Below are positions 19,950 through 28,694 of a stretch of DNA of 64,000 nt, one piece after another. Made by a program: the position numbers and the translations under genes. The notes below the pieces were generated by a model. The model did no database searches. It saw only the letters and a list, made by a program, of their open reading frames with translations, and had not been told where the DNA came from. Positions within the stretch are counted from its first letter, which is position 1; every line of letters starts with the position of its first letter. Source of the stretch: a phage. The stretch lies in the sequence record PZ027503.1; one strand, given 5' to 3'.

Positions 19950-19952
19950 TAA

Positions 19953-20288
19953 TTACCCCTTATTCTGTGTACGTTTAACTATGTCATCTAGCATCATTTG
20001 GATAGTCGCATTCTTGAGGTCCATAATCTTTTCAATTTTTTGCTCAAGGGTGTTGTTATTTGCCATTAATGTAGAGTTAATTTGATTTAGCATCTGGGTA
20101 AGTTCGGCTTTAGTTGCATAAGTTGATTCAACAAAGACCAACTTCTTCTCTAGCTCTCGACTTTTCTCCTCCATTTCCTCAAGATCAGAGCCGAATTTAT
20201 CCATTTTTTGTTTGAAAAAGAACCAGATGACTCCGATTAAAGGGATTATTGCATCCTTTGCAAGTCCCCATGCTTCTTGAAATTCCAT
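19953..20288 (-). CDS. hypothetical membrane-anchored coiled-coil protein (111 aa)
   Basis: N-terminal hydrophobic helix IIPLIGVIWFFF followed by charged coiled-coil region. Confidence 0.4.
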   Translation of the reverse strand: MEFQEAWGLAKDAIIPLIGVIWFFFKQKMDKFGSDLEEMEEKSRELEKKLVFVESTYATKAELTQMLNQINSTLMANNNTLEQKIEKIMDLKNATIQMMLDDIVKRTQNKG

Positions 20289-20297
20289 AGTGATCCC

Positions 20298-20843
20298 TTA
20301 TTCCGTCGGTAATGTAGGCCAATCTATAGTGTAAGGATAATCTTTTTGAAGCGGAACACGATTTAGTTTAACCACATAAACTTGAAGATTTTTAAGATAA
20401 GCTAATTCTTCTTCAGTAGCCATTTCTAAATCTTTAGCATACTGTAAAGGTGTTATAAGTGCTACCGCTGTTTCTTGTAAAGAGCGAATTTTTGCACTAG
20501 CTTGTGTCATCAACTCTTCACGGGAATACTCTTTATCCTTAAGAGTTAAGGTTTCTAAATCCAGAACCTTGTTTCTAATATCCTCAAAAGTATCTATATT
20601 AAAGTCTACTTGTGCTATAGAAAGATCTTCAGGGCAAAGTAGGGTAGGATCAGTATTCCAAAACACAATACGATTTTGATCATCAAAAACGACTTTCATT
20701 TTATCGTTATTGAATTCTGTGCTACGTAAATCATACCAATCGTAACCTTGATCGCAACGAAGAAAAAGAATGTTCTCTGCTTCTACCAATTCTTTTAGTT
20801 CAGGATCTTCAGGAATATATTTTTTAAAGTTTGTAAATATCAT
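20298..20843 (-). CDS. hypothetical protein (181 aa), possibly tail fiber assembly
   Basis: ORF track; position between fiber genes. Confidence 0.4.
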   Translation of the reverse strand: MIFTNFKKYIPEDPELKELVEAENILFLRCDQGYDWYDLRSTEFNNDKMKVVFDDQNRIVFWNTDPTLLCPEDLSIAQVDFNIDTFEDIRNKVLDLETLTLKDKEYSREELMTQASAKIRSLQETAVALITPLQYAKDLEMATEEELAYLKNLQVYVVKLNRVPLQKDYPYTIDWPTLPTE

Positions 20844-21905
20844 TTAGCCTCCAATATCGTACCAGTTTCCGTTAACGTTGCGCTGGAGGCGTTTGAAGTA
20901 AACCCCACCGATGTTATCCGCAGAGCTACGTCCTGTTTCCTGTACGATAATACCAGAAAGAACATAACCAGAAGAACAGATATAAGTCCAAGAAACCTCG
21001 TTCCCTGGTGGATAATACACACCTTGGCTAGTATAACGAATATCTCTTACAAAGGTTCCGTTAGCATAGTTGTAGTTATTTGTAATCTGACTTTGATGAT
21101 TACTTTCTACATTGTTTATACGGGAAGAAAGATTGCTGTTAACATTATTCAAGTTATTTTGAACAGTGTTAATATTCGTCTGCAATGTGTTCTGAAGGGA
21201 AGTCAAACGAGAGTTCAGATAATCTAAACGAACTAAAGCATTTCCGTTAGAAGTATCTTGTCCACTGTTAGATCTTGGATTATCAATTAGAACATAACCC
21301 GCATCATATAAACGAATACCTGCCGATACACCACCTGTACTAGGATTTCTACGATAGATGTAAAGCTGACCTCCGCTTTGATACTCGGCAGAAATCTCAC
21401 CATTTGTTTGTCCTGCGAAGTTTTTGAAGAACAGTGTTGCAGGATCTGTTGTGGAAGTACCGTTAACATAAACATCGCCACCATAAATAGCACCACCCGC
21501 ATCACGTTTTACCAACACGTTTGGTGTTACTGTTGAACTAGTAGCATCTGTAATGTTTGCTGACAAGTGATTATGACTGTTATCTTGAACTTGGATAGAT
21601 AAAGTAACTTCTTTGTTACCGTTCCAAGTGGCCTCACCAGTAGCATCACCTGCCATTGTAATCTTAGTTCCCACTAAAGGCAAGTAGGTATTAGGTAAAG
21701 TTGGAAGAAAATCATCCACCAAATAGCGAATCCATAAACCGATATTATTAAGAATCCAGTTCATTTCTTCGCAAGTCATGATTTGACCATAATCCATACC
21801 GACTGTGCGGATAGTTTCTTTAGGTCTAATTTTGTTTGTGTTTAAAGTTCCTGGGAGCGTTACAGTTTGTGTAGCCCAGTCAGGATAATATATTGGCTTC
21901 GCCAT
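20844..21905 (-). CDS. tail fiber-like protein (353 aa)
   Basis: Asn/Gln/Thr-rich coiled-coil segment (NTLQTNINTVQNNLNNVNSNLSSRINNVESN) typical of fiber shafts. Confidence 0.5.
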   Translation of the reverse strand: MAKPIYYPDWATQTVTLPGTLNTNKIRPKETIRTVGMDYGQIMTCEEMNWILNNIGLWIRYLVDDFLPTLPNTYLPLVGTKITMAGDATGEATWNGNKEVTLSIQVQDNSHNHLSANITDATSSTVTPNVLVKRDAGGAIYGGDVYVNGTSTTDPATLFFKNFAGQTNGEISAEYQSGGQLYIYRRNPSTGGVSAGIRLYDAGYVLIDNPRSNSGQDTSNGNALVRLDYLNSRLTSLQNTLQTNINTVQNNLNNVNSNLSSRINNVESNHQSQITNNYNYANGTFVRDIRYTSQGVYYPPGNEVSWTYICSSGYVLSGIIVQETGRSSADNIGGVYFKRLQRNVNGNWYDIGG

Positions 21906-21914
21906 TTAAACTCC

Positions 21915-22544
21915 TTAATCTATTTGCTTGAGAAGCGTACACATGCGTCCTGTTTCATCCCCAGTAGATTCCATGTACAGGGAACCTAAACCACCAATAC
22001 CATGAGGCGGTTTGGTAGCATAATAAGAACTAAAACCAAAAGCTGATCCTGCTTTTGCTCCAAGACGGTAGCTACTAATAATAGGGAAAACACTTAGCAA
22101 CTGCTCTAAAGCTTGATCAGATTGAAGACACAGGTTGTAGAAAAACACATCAAAGGTTTTATTCAAACCTACGTAAGTATTAAGCGTTTCACGCTCTGTT
22201 CCTGTGAAACGGGCGAAGATATCAATTATGTCACCACGAGTCCCCGATGAGGCTACGCGGTAAGCCCTGATTTTTAATATTGTTCTATACTCTTCATCAT
22301 CAGAGCCATTACGTTCGATCCCCATTTCTTCCCCTAGAATATCTAGGTATTTGCCTGTAGCTGTAGAGATCAAGCGGTGTTTAGCAAGATAGATCATTGC
22401 CTGATCTATCTTTTGCTTTTCACTGGATACGATGTAGAGGAGCTTGACAATGTTAGGAGAAGATTTAAAATCTTCAATCAGAAGGTTTTTAACGTCTTCA
22501 TTGATACTGGCCCAAGTTGTTACATGGTCAACACTCACTGCCAT
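21915..22544 (-). CDS. putative baseplate protein (209 aa)
   Basis: ORF track; synteny. Confidence 0.4.
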   Translation of the reverse strand: MAVSVDHVTTWASINEDVKNLLIEDFKSSPNIVKLLYIVSSEKQKIDQAMIYLAKHRLISTATGKYLDILGEEMGIERNGSDDEEYRTILKIRAYRVASSGTRGDIIDIFARFTGTERETLNTYVGLNKTFDVFFYNLCLQSDQALEQLLSVFPIISSYRLGAKAGSAFGFSSYYATKPPHGIGGLGSLYMESTGDETGRMCTLLKQID

Positions 22545-22546
22545 TT

Positions 22547-24034
22547 TTACACTCCATACTCGTAAGAAATGTTATCAAGGTCAAAAGAAGGGACAACATT
22601 ATAAGCAGGAACTATATTATTCTCTGTATATTTACTGTCATCCTCAGTATTAAGTTTAACATAAACACGAAGAGAAGTCAAGCGTCCAAAAGCAAGTGCT
22701 GCATAAATAACACCTTTGATTTGATCGTTCGTTACTGAAGAACCTAACTCAAAGTAAGCTTGCAGGTTTTGTAAAGCTTCTACGATGTTTTGTTTTTCTG
22801 TTCCACTTAAAGTCGTTCCGTTGACAGTTTGATAAACAAGTTTTACGGAATACATAGCAGAAGCACCAGGAGAGAAGCGAATAATTTCTTGTCCTCCATC
22901 TTCTGTTGTAACTGTTATGTTAGTTGTTCCGTGTGTCAAAGTGTTGATTGGTTTGGTTTTATAGATAACATTTGCAATTTCTTCTGCACTGCCACCATAA
23001 ACTATAGTCTGGAAAGTCATAGCTGGAGCGTGTTCTTGATCATGTAACGTAGGGTTATCATAAATCTTCACCTTAGTAACACCATCTGTAAGCAACAAAG
23101 CTTTCACAATAGCTGCTCGTGTCCCTGCGTTAGCTTCATCAACGTTGTCATTGAAACGAGAGCGGAATTCTGCGTCTGTCTCAACATCTCGACCAGGAGA
23201 AAATGAATAGAAGTTACCACTGTCAAGATAACCTGTAAAGGTGGAAGATATCCCTGTAATAGACTCCACACCAACAGGATTGTATCCTTTCTCTGCTGCA
23301 ACTACCGGAATCTCACTCCATTTGGTTCCAACCGGAACACTAGCATAAAATTTAATAGGAGTTACCAGCCCCACTGGAGTATCACTGGTTAAAGAAGTAA
23401 AACCAATTGATAAGTTACCTGAATCAGAAAATACAAGACTACGATCAGCTTCTGTTAAATTTGCCTTGATAAAAGTTTCAAGATCGGTTATAAATGTAGA
23501 AGAACCAGGTGCAAGTGTTTTACTGTTTAGTCCTCCATCGACCGCACTTTGTGCATAAAAAGTAATATTTGGAACACCTGTAGCAGTTGCATTAGCACGA
23601 GAGATTTGATAAGCTGCAATCTTAGCATTCAACATAGTTGGTGTGCTAACATAGTAGTTCATATCACTATCAGAGTTGAAGTAAATATCCGTGCCTAGCT
23701 CATAAGTCCAAGCTGCTTTGTTATTACTCTTAACATATGCATAACCTGTACTTGCTGCTGCACCTGCTCGATAGAAACCGCGTTTAGAAAAGATTTCATC
23801 AAGATAAATACCTTCTGCACCATCCAGTGTTTGAGTATTATAAACACCTTGCATACCTTCCCACAATGTGTAATCTGTGTATGCAATTATTCTAAACAGT
23901 TGTCCGATCACAGTATCTTCCGAAGTGGCTGCATCTGCACCAAATGTGTTTTTTACTGCTGTCATGTAGTTGTTTAAAACATCGTCAAAAGTTGGGATTA
24001 CAAATCCCGCATCTGTCAAACCATATTCGTCCAT
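22547..24034 (-). CDS. putative baseplate wedge protein (495 aa)
   Basis: ORF track; size and synteny. Confidence 0.45.
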   Translation of the reverse strand: MDEYGLTDAGFVIPTFDDVLNNYMTAVKNTFGADAATSEDTVIGQLFRIIAYTDYTLWEGMQGVYNTQTLDGAEGIYLDEIFSKRGFYRAGAAASTGYAYVKSNNKAAWTYELGTDIYFNSDSDMNYYVSTPTMLNAKIAAYQISRANATATGVPNITFYAQSAVDGGLNSKTLAPGSSTFITDLETFIKANLTEADRSLVFSDSGNLSIGFTSLTSDTPVGLVTPIKFYASVPVGTKWSEIPVVAAEKGYNPVGVESITGISSTFTGYLDSGNFYSFSPGRDVETDAEFRSRFNDNVDEANAGTRAAIVKALLLTDGVTKVKIYDNPTLHDQEHAPAMTFQTIVYGGSAEEIANVIYKTKPINTLTHGTTNITVTTEDGGQEIIRFSPGASAMYSVKLVYQTVNGTTLSGTEKQNIVEALQNLQAYFELGSSVTNDQIKGVIYAALAFGRLTSLRVYVKLNTEDDSKYTENNIVPAYNVVPSFDLDNISYEYGV

Positions 24035-24276
24035 TAGTCATCCTCTTTGGTAGATTGTGATCTGCCCCAGCGTAAATCAATAAGATTTTTCATGAGGCGA
24101 GAAGGAGTTATCATGAAAACAAAAGCCCAACCCATCCATTCAGGAATTTCTTTTTCTATTCCTAAAAAGATAAACATGCCTGTCATAACCGACATGCCTA
24201 CAGCGTTCCAGACTTTCGTAGAACTGACTTTATTATCAGGATATGTACAGAACATACCTATTAAAAATTTTCTCAT
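24034..24276 (-). CDS. small membrane protein (80 aa, two predicted TM helices)
   Basis: Hydrophobic segments MSVMTGMFIFLGI and WMGWAFVFMI. Confidence 0.4.
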   Translation of the reverse strand: MRKFLIGMFCTYPDNKVSSTKVWNAVGMSVMTGMFIFLGIEKEIPEWMGWAFVFMITPSRLMKNLIDLRWGRSQSTKEDD

Positions 24277-24581
24277 AGTGCGTTCTCATTACTTTTTAAA
24301 TCACGATATACAGCTAATTCCCCAAGGTCTACAGAACCCGCTGAATGCACAAGTACAGCAGCACTAAGACTAATGGCAGTAGTACCTGGGGCAATATCAG
24401 CAGGTAATGAGTAAGCCCTCTGTGACACTTTGTCATAGATGACTTTGTAACCTGTAAGCAGAGCACCTACTGAGAAGTAAACAACCTCAGATTGTTTAAC
24501 CCCAAAGTGACGGGCTACTGCTTGCTTGTTGGTTAGGATTCCTGTTGAACCCTTACCACCTTGGGAGAATAATTCGTTCAT
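24273..24581 (-). CDS. hypothetical protein (102 aa)
   Basis: ORF track; start overlaps upstream stop. Confidence 0.4.
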   Translation of the reverse strand: MNELFSQGGKGSTGILTNKQAVARHFGVKQSEVVYFSVGALLTGYKVIYDKVSQRAYSLPADIAPGTTAISLSAAVLVHSAGSVDLGELAVYRDLKSNENAL

Positions 24582-24733
24582 AAGTACCTCTTTGTTTTTC
24601 TAAGTAAGCCCCTCCAAAGAGGGGCATGCAGTGGTAATGACAGCATTTTGAGTTAGTATGCTAGTAACTAAAGACAAGATTAATCCTGCTATGATGCGTT
24701 TCATCCTGTCCTTTGTTTATTGCGTTCCAGCTT

Positions 24734-26524
24734 TTATGGTGTAGTTCTCATGGAATAAGTAAACGCCTCATTTTGCCCTGTCAATAAAGGCACGTCACCA
24801 GAGGCATTAATTATCAGATCTACTTGTGAGTTTGCTAGTTCATCTTCAGTTTTCCCAGTCATGACTTCATCTCGAATTGTGATGCGTATAGTGGATAGCG
24901 GATCACCTTGATAGAATGTGGCTCGAATCAACTGCTCACCCTTGTCATTCGTTAAACCTGCGGCAGCGCCGTAATACACGTAATCGTGTGTCCAGATACC
25001 TGCCTTTTTATAAACAGAAACCAGAACCCCAGAGTCCTGAAGTTTACTAGATAGTATGACACCCTTATTTGATATTTTTGAAATCCTGCAATCAAATTGA
25101 TAGCCGCCATCGGTGTTTAAGAAGTTCCCATTCACCGAAAAGTTTATATCACTCTTCAGTATTGAGCTTCCTCTAACAGTGCCTGAGTACTCCCATAAAA
25201 GCGGTAGCTCACGCAATTCAGATTCACCAGTCCATTTAGGGTTAGTGTTCTGATTGTTTGTTTTTAGGACTATCGCATTAACCTCTTTTGAGGCCGTGCC
25301 ACAAAGCCCTTCATAATACCCGGAAGATGCGTTAAAGGCACTTTTTGTAAACGGAATACTGTCTGTGTTTGTACATCTCGGAGCAGGACTTATTGTAATA
25401 CCATCTAGAGCGTATATTTGTTTAGCCCTAGAGAATGAATTAGAAAAAGACCCTGGGAGATACGAACCATTTATCATTGCAGTAGCATATGCGTCGATTG
25501 TTATAAAATTCTTTGTTGGTAATGCTGTAGAAGGTCTAGAATTATTAACAACAAGAGATCCATTATATGCCCAGATAAAATCTTCTATAGATGCCTCCGC
25601 TCCGCAACCATTTATAACAACGTACCCGCCATGCAGTTCAAAACCTTTAGCTGACGCGTTGTTTGTCGGCTGCTCCCCGAACGAGCACGCATTAACTTCA
25701 GAGTATGTTGATTTCATCTGAATACCGGCCCATAACGGGTCTACTGCCCACACTCTGTTTACTATATTTGATGTACCATAGGCTCTCAGTAGTACACCGC
25801 AACTGTAGCTCGTTAAGTCTTCAAACCGAGACATCCAAGAATGAATATCTATACCGATGAAGAATTTAGAAAACGTACATCTAGTAAAAACAGATTTTGG
25901 ACAATTACTGCCCCCCTCCTTTTTTTGTATCCATCGTGTTGGGTATACGTCTGCACTATCGCCAACCGCCCAAAATACCCTATTGTTGGCAGCTACTACT
26001 CCTGCTGTTCCACCCAGGCTATTTAAGTTCTCAAACGCAAGGTTATCAATTTCAACCTCACCTTCAGGCCACTTACCATCCCCTTCATATGAAATAAAAG
26101 CCTCTCCATTAGCCAAATCGCACAGAAACAGACTGATATTAGTGTCAATTGTTGATGCGCTATATCTGTTACCTGCGCCAAAAAGTTTAAATCCTTGTTT
26201 TGCAATGAGTGGCTTACACTTGTAGCGACCAGCAGGTACATATATTTTTTTACCGAATGGGTTTGCGGCATTTATAGCAGCTTGAATAGAACTTGTATCA
26301 TCCGTAATCCCATCACCTACTGCACCAAAGTCTTTAACGTTAATTACATCAGCAAATCTATCGGCTAATGTTCTGGGTGTATCACTCCCCGCAGCAACCA
26401 CCCCAATGTTAGTAAGAAAGTTGGAAACTGTGCTTTTAACGGTTTTATCAGGTTGGTCTAAAACTAGGTAATCAGAACCATTAACTTTTGAGGTTTCCGG
26501 TAAATTAGTAATTGTAGTTGACAT
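24734..26524 (-). CDS. tailspike protein with pectate-lyase-like right-handed beta-helix
   Basis: N-proximal VKDFGAVGDGITDDTSSIQAAINAA signature of Pectate_lyase_3-type tailspikes. Confidence 0.7.
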   Translation of the reverse strand: MSTTITNLPETSKVNGSDYLVLDQPDKTVKSTVSNFLTNIGVVAAGSDTPRTLADRFADVINVKDFGAVGDGITDDTSSIQAAINAANPFGKKIYVPAGRYKCKPLIAKQGFKLFGAGNRYSASTIDTNISLFLCDLANGEAFISYEGDGKWPEGEVEIDNLAFENLNSLGGTAGVVAANNRVFWAVGDSADVYPTRWIQKKEGGSNCPKSVFTRCTFSKFFIGIDIHSWMSRFEDLTSYSCGVLLRAYGTSNIVNRVWAVDPLWAGIQMKSTYSEVNACSFGEQPTNNASAKGFELHGGYVVINGCGAEASIEDFIWAYNGSLVVNNSRPSTALPTKNFITIDAYATAMINGSYLPGSFSNSFSRAKQIYALDGITISPAPRCTNTDSIPFTKSAFNASSGYYEGLCGTASKEVNAIVLKTNNQNTNPKWTGESELRELPLLWEYSGTVRGSSILKSDINFSVNGNFLNTDGGYQFDCRISKISNKGVILSSKLQDSGVLVSVYKKAGIWTHDYVYYGAAAGLTNDKGEQLIRATFYQGDPLSTIRITIRDEVMTGKTEDELANSQVDLIINASGDVPLLTGQNEAFTYSMRTTP

Positions 26525-26532
26525 TTTTACTC

Positions 26533-28686
26533 CTATATATAAAATTTTTGTGTTGTTACTAAATCTTCTCCAGATTTAGTGGCTAATGTAATTCCACTTA
26601 TAGTGGCAATCTCAACATTTACCTGTTTAAGAGTGATATCCTGTAAATAAACGTTCAAAGGCACGTTACCCATATAGAAAACTTGGGATTGAGAATTAAC
26701 TACTGTGATAGAATCATGCATTATTTGAGGATAGGCCCATATATATTGTGTAAGTCCGTCAAACTTATTGGCGTTCAACACTATGTTACCTATAATCATC
26801 TTCCAAAGATATGTGCGGTAGTTTGATTTAGGATCAAAGCCATACAAAGGTGCAAGAGTAGCATCTGGAACAAACCCTGCAAGATAATGTATCTTATCGT
26901 AACTAAAACCTAGTTGCTCATTAGGTATAGTAATTGCATCAAACGCTTTCATCATCTTACCTTCCAGAAGCCAGTCATAACACTCTGAACAGTAAAAATC
27001 AAAAGCTTCAGGAATGTAGTAATCAGACGGAAAGTTAACTTTCTCCATCAAACCGTTGCCGATAATCGATGGTAAGAACGGAAGCAATGTTACTTTAGCT
27101 CCTGGGTAAGTTGCTCTAGTATCTGTTGCAAACTTTGTAACTCTTAATCCTAGTTTACGAGACAAAAACGCATAGTATTCGTCAAACGGTGTTCCTGTTT
27201 TATAATTATCTATTGTTCCTGCATCTTGTGCAAATAAGCCAGTTTCTGTGTTGAATGCCAGTTTGGTAGTGTAATCGTATATGCAAGGCATTTTACTTGC
27301 TGTATTATACCACCACCAAGGCTCACCAATTTGAATGACAACTGGAATATTATTAGCTTGCGAAATAGATGCTATTTTATTAATAACATTTTGCAAATAT
27401 TCCATACCTTCGTCAATAGTTGGAGACAACACGTAACTAGGAGGCTTATACCCTGTTGCTGCAAGAGCATCGTTCCAATCATGCTGGACCCATTCAACAG
27501 GACAAACTGTGCTCATCAACTCAAAACTCAAAGAGTTCATTATTGTGTAGCCATTTTCATTAGCTATAGAATGGAAACTGTTAAGCCAAGCTTCTGTAGC
27601 CGGATTCAGGAAAACAGATCTATTTAAAGCCCAAGATGTTCCGTTCCATGAGAACTCATAATAGTGAGACATTCCGTTGTAATGGTTAATCATTCCACGA
27701 TAACCTAGTGCATATGTATTATAAATAACTCTCTCTGGAGTCAGGTTATACATATCATCATAAGATGTGCACATGCGAATATCATGTTCAGGCTGGACAA
27801 GGTTGCTGACTTTCATCATACTGTAACCAGAAGTAGGTTCAAGAAGAGTGAAAGTAAACCAAGCCTCTTGACTGTCAATAGGTACAACCTCTTCTATTTT
27901 TTCATACCTTGCTGTAATCAAAGAGAAGAAAATATTATCTACAGCACTCATATCCAAAGGAATATCATTATTAGGGCCAGAAAAGATATTACCAAAATCT
28001 AACTTGATTGTAGCTGTTTTACCATCTTCTGAAATATCCGAAGCGTAGAATCCTAAACTGACATAATGAACACTTTTATCCAGGAGAGTTACAGTCAAAG
28101 TCGGCACCAAAGGTTCTTCTTTAAAACCTGGCATGTTTTGACTAATTTCCATTTTAAACCAAAGTTTCTCTGAACTTAAATCTGTGTGAGGCAAATACCC
28201 AACACCTTTATGGTCATATTTGTCAACTGTGCTCCAGATAACCCCTGCCAAACCTGCTGTTGTTCTGTTTACAAATCTTGCAGTAAAAGAGTCTCCATGA
28301 GATACAATAGAACAACTTTCCGTTGCTTGAGAATCTATTGTCCAATACATAGGAGAGAACATTTTAACGTCTTTTGTAGTCCAAGTTATTGGAGTAGTAT
28401 TTTCTTGGATAGTAGTTATAATACAATTGATGGTTGTTTCAACCATCATGTTATTTTGACTAATCCCTGAAACTTGGAGGGAGAAGTTAAGATCTATTGA
28501 GTTCTTTGGTCGTTCAAATACTTCAACCACAATAGTAGCAGAATCAGCATCATCAGGGAACACAAGTGTTCCCGATTTTGCAATATAATCTCTACCAGCG
28601 ACTGCTGTTCCGTCAACAGTCGTGTAGTTAAATGAACTCGCATTTACTCTCTTGTCTCGCGTGACAGTAAATATAGCTTGTTTCAT
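26533..28686 (-). CDS. tail fiber / tailspike protein (717 aa)
   Basis: ORF track; large protein in fiber cluster. Confidence 0.5.
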   Translation of the reverse strand: MKQAIFTVTRDKRVNASSFNYTTVDGTAVAGRDYIAKSGTLVFPDDADSATIVVEVFERPKNSIDLNFSLQVSGISQNNMMVETTINCIITTIQENTTPITWTTKDVKMFSPMYWTIDSQATESCSIVSHGDSFTARFVNRTTAGLAGVIWSTVDKYDHKGVGYLPHTDLSSEKLWFKMEISQNMPGFKEEPLVPTLTVTLLDKSVHYVSLGFYASDISEDGKTATIKLDFGNIFSGPNNDIPLDMSAVDNIFFSLITARYEKIEEVVPIDSQEAWFTFTLLEPTSGYSMMKVSNLVQPEHDIRMCTSYDDMYNLTPERVIYNTYALGYRGMINHYNGMSHYYEFSWNGTSWALNRSVFLNPATEAWLNSFHSIANENGYTIMNSLSFELMSTVCPVEWVQHDWNDALAATGYKPPSYVLSPTIDEGMEYLQNVINKIASISQANNIPVVIQIGEPWWWYNTASKMPCIYDYTTKLAFNTETGLFAQDAGTIDNYKTGTPFDEYYAFLSRKLGLRVTKFATDTRATYPGAKVTLLPFLPSIIGNGLMEKVNFPSDYYIPEAFDFYCSECYDWLLEGKMMKAFDAITIPNEQLGFSYDKIHYLAGFVPDATLAPLYGFDPKSNYRTYLWKMIIGNIVLNANKFDGLTQYIWAYPQIMHDSITVVNSQSQVFYMGNVPLNVYLQDITLKQVNVEIATISGITLATKSGEDLVTTQKFYI

Positions 28687-28694
28687 TTTACCCC

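Noticed and set aside
24608-24625. GCCCCTC-CAAA-GAGGGGC hairpin as a terminator
   Set aside because: No U-tract follows it on either strand; it may instead be an RNA stability element, or part of a possible 34-codon minus-strand ORF (24599-24703) that I could not support.
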